Origin: a virus
Virus record (IMG/VR): IMGVR_UViG_3300047316_000072
Span: 5,983 to 69,982 of that record
Reading direction: 5' to 3' (one strand)
DNA: 64,000 nucleotides
In this document: piece after piece, positions 48,187 through 57,154 of the stretch
Layout of the letters: the number at the start of each line of letters is the position of its first letter
Position numbering within the stretch: position 1 is the first letter of the stretch
Notes under the pieces: generated by a model
Told to the model about the DNA's origin: nothing
Database searches by the model: none
Seen by the model: only the letters and a program-made list of their open reading frames with translations
Position numbers and translations under genes: made by a program

Positions 48187-50286
48187 TCACTCCACACGAA
48201 ACACTGGCTGAGCCAACGAAAGCTTGATCAGTTCTTTTGCCCGTTGCGTCTCGTCCATCTTACTCAGACGGTCGTTGTACGCCGCTACAATAGCCTGATC
48301 ATCAGGTGACAGTTGGCTATAGTCACCTGTATTCCCCACGTCTTGCCCCTTGGCAACCGTGGTGTATTTCTGCACGCCCTTGCCAGGCATTGGCATGTCT
48401 TTCAATGCTTTCACCTGCTTGACAAGGTCGCTAACAGTGGTGCCTACGTTGTTCAGCTGGAACTCCAGTCCACTCGTCTTACCGATGAGTTTCTGAACTG
48501 CAGGAGGCAGGTTGGGGTTGTCGATAGTCAGATCAGCATCCGTCAGGTCGTTCCAACCCTTCTTGAGGGGTGAGTGGCTGCTGAATGCCATCTTGGCCGC
48601 AGCACAGCTAGCACCCATCGCACCGAGGTGATCGTGGACAACCTTAGCGCGTGCCTTATCGGCAGCTGCCAACTTGCCCATATCATCTCCGTTCCCGTTA
48701 CAAGCATCACCTCCGCTCAGTGCAGCAACATGATCATGAGCTGACTGCAGATGCATCATCTGTTCGTCACTCATCTTCTTATTCGCCTTGCTGAGCTCGT
48801 CCAAGAAAGCCTCAGGCAGATCTGCGATCCGTCGTAGGCTCTTGCGGTAGTCGACGTTCATGTCCTTCGCCACGTTGGCGATGACTGTGATCAACGGCAT
48901 GTCGCCTTCCTGGACATCCGTGTTGGACATGACTTCAGCTATCTCCTCCTGAACCATCTTCAGGAGGAATGTGCACAGAGTGTCCAGAGCCTTCGCCGCT
49001 AGGGCTGGGAGTTCGCTGTCAGTATCCTGCTCAAGGAACTGCTCAACGAAGATCCCTTCCTTCACCCACTTCAGCTCGTCGATGATGCAGGCTACACGAC
49101 CGATGTCGTACAGCGTCTTCTCTATCTGCTCGGTCCAGGAGAGGTCTTTCTTTACAGGGACGTCGTCTCCTGTGGCCTGCTTGGCTTGGGTTGTATCAAC
49201 CGTATCTCCGTTGCCGTTCCCTGTCCTGTTGCGTTTGATAGGTACTTTTGTAGTCCCGGTCCCAGCCGTGTGCGCAGTGTCGGAGGGATCTGCGCTAGCA
49301 GCTGCCTTATTCGCCTTCCCTGTGAGGAGGAGGTGGAGCTCGTCAACAGCCGCGTGAGCTCCACTGGCAGCTTTGTTGACGTCGTTGTCAATGTCGAGTT
49401 GCTGATTGTGGCGTATTGCATCAGCCTTACGAGTGTGGGTTGAACCGTCCTTCGCTTTCCAGACCTGCTCAACTTCCGCACCGCCTAGTCCCTCCGCTCC
49501 TTCGCCCGCGTTAGTCTGAGCTTCATCTTTGCGCACGTTTCCCGGAGGAGACGCTTGAGCGCTAAAGCCCACGTCCACATCTTTGTTGTGCTCCCCTGGA
49601 TCAACGTTGGTGGGACTCAGTGTGGCTGGATTTGTACCAGGATCTTCCGCCTTACGGTTGTCTACGTAGGAGCCCGTCTTGTCTGCGTGCTCGGGCCTAT
49701 GCGTCCCTACAGGCGGATCCTTAGGCTGAATTTCGCCCTTCTTCAAACTGTCATCTGGAGGGTCAGTTAAAGCGGGTGCGGCACTCTTGAACGCGCGGTC
49801 CTCGAACGCCCCGTCCATCTTGACAAACTGGAACGTAGCGCCCGGTACACACGGGAGGTCGACAAGAGACACCTCAGATGGCTCCGCAGTATACCTGATG
49901 AGCTTGGGATTATCACGATCCGTCCAACGTTTGACGTAACGGCCGCCGACGGAGAAGCCCGTGTAAACACCCTCCTCCACTTTCCGCCATTCGTCGTCGT
50001 CAATAATCCGTGCGAGACCACCAATGACTCGCCCGTGGTCATCGAAGTCCAAGGGCTGGCATACCAAACCAGCGGCGATATTCTTGTGCATCGCCCTGAT
50101 GTTGCCATAGTTCTTGCCTCCTGATGCTCCGTACATGTCCTCCGACCATTTCTGGAAGAGGGGTTTGGAGGAGCCGTAGTCCATGATTTCGCCGCTACGG
50201 TCACCTTGCTCCTCGGTGAACTTCCCGTACACCGTCCGGTTGACCGCGTCCACCTTCGTGATTGGCAGGAAGACACTGAGGTTCAT
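48187..50286 (-). CDS. prohead protease/scaffold
   Basis: RAMH, YTGFSVGG, EVSLVD.P HK97/XkdF-type protease motifs plus a long charged tail. Confidence 0.8.
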   Translation of the reverse strand: MNLSVFLPITKVDAVNRTVYGKFTEEQGDRSGEIMDYGSSKPLFQKWSEDMYGASGGKNYGNIRAMHKNIAAGLVCQPLDFDDHGRVIGGLARIIDDDEWRKVEEGVYTGFSVGGRYVKRWTDRDNPKLIRYTAEPSEVSLVDLPCVPGATFQFVKMDGAFEDRAFKSAAPALTDPPDDSLKKGEIQPKDPPVGTHRPEHADKTGSYVDNRKAEDPGTNPATLSPTNVDPGEHNKDVDVGFSAQASPPGNVRKDEAQTNAGEGAEGLGGAEVEQVWKAKDGSTHTRKADAIRHNQQLDIDNDVNKAASGAHAAVDELHLLLTGKANKAAASADPSDTAHTAGTGTTKVPIKRNRTGNGNGDTVDTTQAKQATGDDVPVKKDLSWTEQIEKTLYDIGRVACIIDELKWVKEGIFVEQFLEQDTDSELPALAAKALDTLCTFLLKMVQEEIAEVMSNTDVQEGDMPLITVIANVAKDMNVDYRKSLRRIADLPEAFLDELSKANKKMSDEQMMHLQSAHDHVAALSGGDACNGNGDDMGKLAAADKARAKVVHDHLGAMGASCAAAKMAFSSHSPLKKGWNDLTDADLTIDNPNLPPAVQKLIGKTSGLEFQLNNVGTTVSDLVKQVKALKDMPMPGKGVQKYTTVAKGQDVGNTGDYSQLSPDDQAIVAAYNDRLSKMDETQRAKELIKLSLAQPVFRVE

Positions 50287-50311
50287 GTTAGTCGTCCTTT
50301 GCTATCTTGTA

Positions 50312-51001
50312 TTACCGCACCCGCCTGGAGCAGATATACCCTTTAGCAGTCAAGAGCCCTGAACCGCCAAGAGTTGTCTGCGCCACGAGATAGAGGTCGA
50401 TAGGGGTGCTTGAGTTGGAGCGGCACTGACCGGTCATAAGCATCTGACGCTGACCAGTAGTAAGGGCACTAGTCGTGATCATATTCAGGATGCCTACGCC
50501 GGTCATCAGATCGTCGTCGGTTGGGAGGGCATCGGGATGCACGCTCACCGATGCAGCGACCATGTTCGGGCTGACACCAGCGGCCGGCTGGAAGTCGACA
50601 GCGCCCCAGATCTCAAAGTCTCCCGGCGTGAGATTGAGTGAGCAGAGCTGTGTTGGTACGTTCGAAGGTAAGGTAACGCCAGAGGTGTTGCTCACGACTT
50701 GGTACGCACCCACTTCTCCTTCAGGAGCCTCAGAGCCGTCAGTTACTCCGTAGACGTTAGCCTTCAAATTGTCGACAGCGTCAACGTAGTGCTTGGTCGT
50801 AGCCTGTAGCGGGTTATCTCCAGCAGGATCGGCCTCGAGGAATAAGGGCCCTTCCATGCTGCCGCCACCCTTTGGCATAGCCATAGCTACCGCTGCCTGA
50901 AGTTCAGTGATCTCGTCAGCAGCAGTTTGGAAGTTGCCCCGAACGGGCTGCGTCTCCGCATCGCCCTCTGCAGGATGCTTAGGATCAATATTGCTGGCCA
51001 T
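50312..51001 (-). CDS. head fibre-like protein, collagen-less paralog of the next gene
   Basis: Shares MASxIDP..NFQ.A.DEIT.LQAAV and the C-terminal LTPGD..GY..RR.R. Confidence 0.7.
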   Translation of the reverse strand: MASNIDPKHPAEGDAETQPVRGNFQTAADEITELQAAVAMAMPKGGGSMEGPLFLEADPAGDNPLQATTKHYVDAVDNLKANVYGVTDGSEAPEGEVGAYQVVSNTSGVTLPSNVPTQLCSLNLTPGDFEIWGAVDFQPAAGVSPNMVAASVSVHPDALPTDDDLMTGVGILNMITTSALTTGQRQMLMTGQCRSNSSTPIDLYLVAQTTLGGSGLLTAKGYICSRRVR

Positions 51002-51011
51002 CTGTGGTTGT

Positions 51012-52181
51012 TTACCTCGCTCGTCTGGCAGACATGTAGCCAGTCGCGGTGCAGGTACCTGTGAAGGTACCCTGTGCTGCCAGATAGATAGTGGCCGCCG
51101 CACTGACATTCACGCGAGTTGGGCCAGTCTGCATGGTCTGGATTTGGGCACTGGTGAAGGTCAGTCGGTATTGTGTCATGTTGCCTGTACCGGCGGCAAT
51201 CTGAGCAGCCGTTGGCAACGTTGCTGATATCGTAGCGACGGCTGCAGCCAGAGCGGAGGGCGCCGCTGAAGGCGTGAAGACGATAACACCCGCTACCACC
51301 CAATCGCCTGGAGTGAGAGGCAACGAACCAAGGTTCACAGTCGTATTGGTGGTGAGCGAAACCGGAGTGGTGATGCTGACAGCGAGTTGCTCGCCAGTGT
51401 TACCGGCAGCTGCATTGTCTGCTGCGACTGTGCCAACGACTGGTGCACGAGAGGTATCTACAGGGTGGACGTGATCGCCGCGAGCATAGGTAGTAGCTAC
51501 ACCCGCATTCGCGGCCCCGTCCATAGCAGGAGCGGTAGACGAGGGCGTCTGCGGTGCTCCTGCAGGGCCCGTTGCGCCAGTAGGTCCAGTAGCACCCGTA
51601 GTACCCGTAGCACCCTGAAGACCTTGAGGTCCGGTAGCACCCGCAGATCCCTGAATCCCTTGAGGTCCTGGAGGTCCTGGAACCGTCGAAGCGGCTCCTG
51701 TTGGACCCGTAGCTCCTGTTGCACCTGCCGCACCTGGGTCGCCTTTAGGACCCATTGGACCTTGAGGCCCCGGTACTACAGAGGCAGAGCCTGCTGGTCC
51801 TGTAGGGCCAGTTTGGCCAGCAGGTCCTGGAGGACCTGGTACAGTTGAGGCTAAACCCTCTGGGCCTGTTAGTCCTTGAGGACCCGCTGCACCTGTGGCT
51901 CCCTGAGGGCCAGGGACGGTCGAAGTTGCTCCTTGAGCGCCAGTATCACCTTTAGGGCCAGGAAGACCTACAGGACCTGGAGCTCCTTGAGGTCCAGGCT
52001 CTCCCTGGACACCTTGGATGCCTTGAGGTCCAGGAACACCTTGTGGACCTTGAAGGCCTCCCTCGCTAACGGCAGCCTGTAGAGTAGTGATCTCGTCATG
52101 CGCGGCCTGGAAATTGTCGCGCGTGGACTGACTAGACGCATCGCCGTATGCAGGTTGCGTAGGGTCGATCCTGCTAGCCAT
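51012..52181 (-). CDS. collagen-like fibre protein
   Basis: Long Gly-X-Y tract. Confidence 0.85.
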   Translation of the reverse strand: MASRIDPTQPAYGDASSQSTRDNFQAAHDEITTLQAAVSEGGLQGPQGVPGPQGIQGVQGEPGPQGAPGPVGLPGPKGDTGAQGATSTVPGPQGATGAAGPQGLTGPEGLASTVPGPPGPAGQTGPTGPAGSASVVPGPQGPMGPKGDPGAAGATGATGPTGAASTVPGPPGPQGIQGSAGATGPQGLQGATGTTGATGPTGATGPAGAPQTPSSTAPAMDGAANAGVATTYARGDHVHPVDTSRAPVVGTVAADNAAAGNTGEQLAVSITTPVSLTTNTTVNLGSLPLTPGDWVVAGVIVFTPSAAPSALAAAVATISATLPTAAQIAAGTGNMTQYRLTFTSAQIQTMQTGPTRVNVSAAATIYLAAQGTFTGTCTATGYMSARRAR

Positions 52182-52978
52182 TAGCGTGATCCGGGCTTTG
52201 TGTTTGACGGGTTTGGAGTTGCCGGTTTTGTTGCTGCCGCCGGTGCTGGCTTCTCTAGCTCGGCAGCCTCAGCATCTCTAGCCTCATCTGCCTTAGCTAT
52301 CTGGTTGTGCTGATCTTCGACCTGCTGCTCCCTCATTGCCCGCTGGTCCCAAGTCGTCTGCCCGCCGTCCCACGTGGTCCGGCCTTGGTCCCAAACTGTC
52401 CCAGCGACAGCTACGGGAACAGGCATACCGATATTTGGCCAGTAGATATCGGCGTATACGTACAGGTCTACTTTACACCCATCAGGCGCAGGAGTTGCAA
52501 CGTTCACGTAGAAGTTGTTGTCGCTCCCCTCACTCCAATGGATTGCAGTCATGCCGCTCAAAAGGGGTAGCGACACGACTGTATCAGGAGTAGAACAACC
52601 CACAGCTCCTGCCAAGTCGCATACTTGGACTCCTGCCATGTTTGGTTGGGAGAAGACTTTGCCTACTACTCCTGTCGGAGTACTGCTGGCATTTATCGCC
52701 ATGACACGAGTGACTCTGAACTTCACGCCCGTAGGAATACGCACAGGAAGAGGCTGGTCTCCCGAGATGGACAGATCCATCATGCAGACGTGACCTACGT
52801 GCGAGACAGCATAAGTCAGGCACCCCATAGACAGTAGGTCTAGCTTATCCGGCGTAGGAATAGCCTGAGTCTCGGTCGTAAGGAACCCTTGAGCGTTAGC
52901 ATGGTACGTACGGCCGCTACTACACGTAAGGATCGATCCTGCTTGCGGTGCTAGTATAAAGATGGTGTTGGGTGTCAT
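52181..52978 (-). CDS. hypothetical virion protein
   Basis: GAGGAG SD; TxWDxG repeats near the C-terminus. Confidence 0.65.
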   Translation of the reverse strand: MTPNTIFILAPQAGSILTCSSGRTYHANAQGFLTTETQAIPTPDKLDLLSMGCLTYAVSHVGHVCMMDLSISGDQPLPVRIPTGVKFRVTRVMAINASSTPTGVVGKVFSQPNMAGVQVCDLAGAVGCSTPDTVVSLPLLSGMTAIHWSEGSDNNFYVNVATPAPDGCKVDLYVYADIYWPNIGMPVPVAVAGTVWDQGRTTWDGGQTTWDQRAMREQQVEDQHNQIAKADEARDAEAAELEKPAPAAATKPATPNPSNTKPGSR

Positions 52979-52981
52979 GGG

Positions 52982-54751
52982 TTATCTCCTCGCGGTACTA
53001 CTCGTAGTACCTGTTGCCCCGGGGGATGTAGGTTCCGCAAACTTCGGTGAGACACGTCCCTGTCCACCACCTCTAGGCTGACCGAATGCAAGTGGCTTAG
53101 GCTTGCCGTCGCCACTGCCTGCATCAGAGCTATCGTCTCCGCCATCGCCTGGAGGTTGAGCTGCTGCACCTGCTGCTGCCACGTCCAGTGGATTCTGGCT
53201 AATTGGCACATAGCCGCTAGTGGTAGCGAGCATAGGCTCCTCTGCAGCTCCTCCCACGGGCAGTTTGCCTCTAGCCTTCCGGACCTCATCAATAGCGTAG
53301 ATCCCTGACTTGACGTATCCAGTGTCAATCTCCATCTGGGCCTTCGGATCCTGCTCGCGGTCTTCTAGGAAGACAAACTCCAGTTCAGGATGCTTCAGGT
53401 CAAAACGGATAATCATATCCATCAGACCCTTCCACCAGCGCTGAGAAGGGATAAGACCCTCTTCCAGCGCACGCGACCGCGCAGTGCCAGCAGTAGCACG
53501 ATTGAGATGAGTAACAAACGGCTCAGGAGAGATTGAGAAGATGAAGCAGATGACCCGCGCCAACCATTCATCGTAGTCATCCTTGAGAGGCGGCTCCTTC
53601 GTCTCCACGTACTTGAACTGACCGGGCATGAACCGCACCTTACGGCGATTCATGAGGTTACCTGACATCAATCCGTCAAACCAGCTTTGAAAGTCACGGA
53701 TGTTTTGTATGTTCCAGGCTTCTGGCAGTCCCACGAATGCGTCGGGAGTGCTTCCGGCCAGGTAGTAGTCGAGCTGGTAGACAGCCCTTCTGATAGCCGT
53801 GTTAACCGTGACAACAACCTGCTCAACTGGAGACAGACCATAGACCCGGTCACTACGGATATTGCGAGGCATATAAAGGAGCTCACTAGCAGTGTAGTCG
53901 GCTGCAGGTACTCCATGAAGTATTTGTTGGTAAGAAGGCTCACCAGGATCAGTAGGACGACGACCTGTAGCATCAAGGAGAGGGAAGATAGTAGCACCAT
54001 CAATAGGCTCCAGCGCATACAGCTCTCCTCCGCGCGTCTGCCGCCTGTAGAGGCATGCCGCATCAATTACAAACATGTCCTCATTTACACAGCGCATCCA
54101 CTGATCCCACGTATGCTCCTTGTCAGGATACATGAGGAAGTCAGTTACTTCCCGGATGTCCTTCTTGGTCTTGTCGGGCAACTCCAGTGTATTCAGTTCG
54201 CTACGCTGTACGGACGGCTGCTTGTTACCGCTAGGGATGCCAAACTTTGGACCGTTGGACTGTCCGTTAGGAGGACCTCCGTTGCCCCCTCCGTTCCCGT
54301 TCTTTGTAGGAGGGAATGCTTTGGTTGAGAAGGTTGTAGTACCAGGATCGCCCGAGTGCTCCTCAGGAGCCCCCTCTTCTCCAAGCGCTTCTCGCGGCCT
54401 GATTGCCCAATCTAATGCTGCGATTTGGTCCTTGCGCGCCTCAATTACGCCTCTTAAAATGTCACAGTTCTGAGCTAGAGCTCTCAGGTCGGCGAATGAG
54501 ATGGCCTCCTGAGTACGAGGGTTGTAGTTGAGGTTGTAGCCTGTCTGATAGTCGAACCGTCTCCCTTTAACACCGGCATCTTCGCCCTGATCTGCAAACG
54601 GCTGGAGAGGTTGCCATGGACCGAACCAGTTGTTTGGACCTACGCCACTTACTACAAAGCGCGTAGCAGCCTTCACACGCTGTACAAAGCTTGGTACAAC
54701 GGGAACAATTTGCCCTGTTGGGCCGTTAGGACCTACTGGAAGACTCGGCAC
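52982..54751 (-). CDS. portal protein
   Basis: IDGATI, YGLSPVE, DEWLARVICF.F, IDEVR..RG..P. Confidence 0.9.
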   Translation of the reverse strand: MPSLPVGPNGPTGQIVPVVPSFVQRVKAATRFVVSGVGPNNWFGPWQPLQPFADQGEDAGVKGRRFDYQTGYNLNYNPRTQEAISFADLRALAQNCDILRGVIEARKDQIAALDWAIRPREALGEEGAPEEHSGDPGTTTFSTKAFPPTKNGNGGGNGGPPNGQSNGPKFGIPSGNKQPSVQRSELNTLELPDKTKKDIREVTDFLMYPDKEHTWDQWMRCVNEDMFVIDAACLYRRQTRGGELYALEPIDGATIFPLLDATGRRPTDPGEPSYQQILHGVPAADYTASELLYMPRNIRSDRVYGLSPVEQVVVTVNTAIRRAVYQLDYYLAGSTPDAFVGLPEAWNIQNIRDFQSWFDGLMSGNLMNRRKVRFMPGQFKYVETKEPPLKDDYDEWLARVICFIFSISPEPFVTHLNRATAGTARSRALEEGLIPSQRWWKGLMDMIIRFDLKHPELEFVFLEDREQDPKAQMEIDTGYVKSGIYAIDEVRKARGKLPVGGAAEEPMLATTSGYVPISQNPLDVAAAGAAAQPPGDGGDDSSDAGSGDGKPKPLAFGQPRGGGQGRVSPKFAEPTSPGATGTTSSTARR

Positions 54752-54769
54752 CTCAAACTCCCACGCCGT

Positions 54770-55384
54770 TCAGTTCGTAGCTAGCTTCTTAGCAATCTCA
54801 CGTGCTGCTCCTACAGCAACGTTCTCGTTACTCAAGTCGTCTGGAGTAGTCCAGGCTAGATAGATAACCCCAACAAAACTCTCCGGGTTCGGAGGAATTG
54901 GTATTGCACAACCTCGTTTCATCCCTCTTTCGTAGAGCCTTCGAGCCAGTGGAGATCCTGTAGGGGTTAGATTGACGCAAGTAGGGTGACCTTCCATAAC
55001 ATCTATCAGTGTCTTGACGTCAGATCCGGTAACTATGATCGGTAGGCGTCGTGGACTCGGTATAACTGGACGTTCACCGTCGTGCCTCCTAGCACCTAGG
55101 AACCATTGTGAGTTCTTCTCCAAGTCTACTGCCCAGATTTGTACGATATCGGCATCTGTCTCTGCAGCCAGCTTGGATAGCGCATCAGGCACGTCAGCCG
55201 TCTTCAGCTCGGGTTGATCAGGGGTAAGCCAAGCCTCAAACAGCTCGTTACGCTGCTCATAGACAATCCACCCAGAGAACGCCAGTACAGCCAGTCCACC
55301 GATGGCGAAGGCCTTCCACGGCTTATCTATAAACCGCAGGATGCGATCGAGTATCCCCGATATGCCACCATTAGGCGACGCCAT
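54770..55384 (-). CDS. membrane-anchored protein with a GAF-like soluble domain (lysis region)
   Basis: N-terminal transmembrane helix; CAIPIPP..FVGVIYLAW. Confidence 0.6.
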   Translation of the reverse strand: MASPNGGISGILDRILRFIDKPWKAFAIGGLAVLAFSGWIVYEQRNELFEAWLTPDQPELKTADVPDALSKLAAETDADIVQIWAVDLEKNSQWFLGARRHDGERPVIPSPRRLPIIVTGSDVKTLIDVMEGHPTCVNLTPTGSPLARRLYERGMKRGCAIPIPPNPESFVGVIYLAWTTPDDLSNENVAVGAAREIAKKLATN

Positions 55385-55763
55385 CGTCTACGGGCTCAAT
55401 CACGTAGAACTGATCCCCATCGTTCGCTGCTCCTCCGTCTCCTTTCCCACCTCTGAAACGAATTGTACGCTGTTGAACAGGCTGACCGACCCACTGATCC
55501 CATACTAACAGCCCGTCCGTATTAACTGCGACCAGCACTGCCGCGTGAGACCTTTTGTCCGTATGGTTTCCGTACTTGCCGTTGGGGTCGAACGTAGCAA
55601 TAGCGGTGCCTGATGCGAGGCCCCTCGACTCCCGCACCAGAGCACCTCTCCGCCAGTATGAAGTTGGCGGAGCTCCCGTCACCTCACGGACATAGGCAAC
55701 GCAGTGCCCATTGGGCACTACGCTTCCGACGAGCCTCTCATGTCCGGTGGCAACGAAAGCCAT
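55371..55763 (-). CDS. BPSL0067-like peptidoglycan amidase, candidate endolysin
   Basis: HCVAYV..W..G..GTAIATF..SHAAV..VWDQW. Confidence 0.75.
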   Translation of the reverse strand: MAFVATGHERLVGSVVPNGHCVAYVREVTGAPPTSYWRRGALVRESRGLASGTAIATFDPNGKYGNHTDKRSHAAVLVAVNTDGLLVWDQWVGQPVQQRTIRFRGGKGDGGAANDGDQFYVIEPVDDGVA

Positions 55764-55942
55764 CAGTCCGGATCCTTGTCCTTCAGAGCCATCATAGCCT
55801 CGATAGACGATACTGCTTGCAACCCTAGATGCTTGACAACCTGAGTCATCAGCATCTTCAGGTGCTGGAGCTCCGCCTCGATCTTCCTGAGACGGTCGCC
55901 GACAGGGATTTCATGCAAGTCAGCCCTATCGCTTGTCCGCAT
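55763..55942 (-). CDS. small coiled-coil protein
   Basis: MRTSDRAD...; stop overlaps the next start. Confidence 0.55.
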   Translation of the reverse strand: MRTSDRADLHEIPVGDRLRKIEAELQHLKMLMTQVVKHLGLQAVSSIEAMMALKDKDPD

Positions 55943-55950
55943 TTGCTCAC

Positions 55951-56118
55951 TCAATAGATGCGTCCTCCCCCAAACAGCAACACCAGGACTAGGATCAACA
56001 AGATCACCCCAATGATGCCGAAGCCCTGAGGACCGTAGTAACCACCGCGGTAGCCGTAGAACCCGCCAAAACCGCCAAACAGGATCACGATGATGATGAT
56101 CAGCAGTAGCAGGTTCAT
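55951..56118 (-). CDS. 55-aa two-TM membrane protein (DUF3309-like; holin candidate)
   Basis: MNLLLLIIIIVILFGGFGGFYGYRGGYYGPQGFGIIGVILLILVLVLLFGGGRIY; ATGA coupling; missing from the ORF track. Confidence 0.75.
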   Translation of the reverse strand: MNLLLLIIIIVILFGGFGGFYGYRGGYYGPQGFGIIGVILLILVLVLLFGGGRIY

Positions 56119-56297
56119 GGCAGTAACCAGCCCGCCTTACCAAGATTGACCAGTATGACGATCAGACACACAAGCACAATGATGAGCTTGAGTATCGGGT
56201 CAATCAGTACTGGTCCGCGTGCAACGATGATCACGAGATCAACTAGCCAGCACGCGAGCCACGCTACGACAAAGTAGACAATGGCTTTCTCTTGCAT
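56115..56297 (-). CDS. two-TM membrane protein (holin candidate)
   Basis: 60 aa, two hydrophobic helices, GGAG SD. Confidence 0.7.
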   Translation of the reverse strand: MQEKAIVYFVVAWLACWLVDLVIIVARGPVLIDPILKLIIVLVCLIVILVNLGKAGWLLP

Positions 56298-56309
56298 CGG
56301 ACTGCTCCG

Positions 56310-56900
56310 TTACGCAGGCTTTGGAGTAGCCTCAGTAGGTGGAACACGCTCCGGCACCTCCACCGTAAACGTCACACGTTGGCCCTGATAGTAGACCACC
56401 AAGTGTGCTTTGCCGTCTGCTCCTGGTACGATAGCCTCAGGCGGAATGACGATTGGCGGTGTGGGACGTGGATCGTTCGGACCCCACATGCCGAGAGGCG
56501 GCCCGCCAGGAGCAATCGGATGAGACGGGAACGGAGGCAGCCCCTGGTCCGGGTAGATCGGGAGAACGATTGGATGCGTTGGCACTCCCGGAGCCACTGC
56601 ATCCGGCGGGATCACGATAGGATGACTGGGGTAGACTGGCAGGTAGATCGGGTGAGTTGGTACACCAGGAGCCAGACCATCCGGCGGAATCACGATTGGA
56701 TGGGATGGATACACCGGGAGGAAGATCGGATGTGTCGGTACACCCGGCGCAATCGCATCAGGTGGGATCACGATCGGGTTCGTTGGTCTCGGGTCACCAG
56801 GGCCCCAGATACCCAGCGGGGGCTGAGGTACGGGCAGAGTGTTATCGGGGTGCTCGCCACCACCGGTACCAGTGATCCAGTGAATGTATGCTAGAGGCAT
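56310..56900 (-). CDS. proline-rich repeat protein
   Basis: Three ~26-aa PIVIPPDxxAPGVPTHPIxLPxYP repeats; AAGGAG SD. Confidence 0.75.
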   Translation of the reverse strand: MPLAYIHWITGTGGGEHPDNTLPVPQPPLGIWGPGDPRPTNPIVIPPDAIAPGVPTHPIFLPVYPSHPIVIPPDGLAPGVPTHPIYLPVYPSHPIVIPPDAVAPGVPTHPIVLPIYPDQGLPPFPSHPIAPGGPPLGMWGPNDPRPTPPIVIPPEAIVPGADGKAHLVVYYQGQRVTFTVEVPERVPPTEATPKPA

Positions 56901-56914
56901 GTCGGCTCCTTTGG

Positions 56915-57154
56915 TTAGCTGTTGCCTAGATTGCGTACGATTAACCCGCCTGTCGGGTCGCAAACTAGATCTTCCAGGTTTTCACTGAACTGTTCGAACT
57001 CACGTAAGCTCAGCGGTCGTCCGTCCTTGAAGGCCTCTCTCATTGCATGCCAGGCCTTCAATCCAGTGATGTTGCCTCCCAGTGCTGCGTCAACCACAAT
57101 CACAACCTGCTCAGTAGTGACGCAACCATGCATGTTATCTGTCCCTATACACAT
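56915..57154 (-). CDS. hypothetical protein
   Basis: Fills the gap in the late operon. Confidence 0.45.
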   Translation of the reverse strand: MCIGTDNMHGCVTTEQVVIVVDAALGGNITGLKAWHAMREAFKDGRPLSLREFEQFSENLEDLVCDPTGGLIVRNLGNS

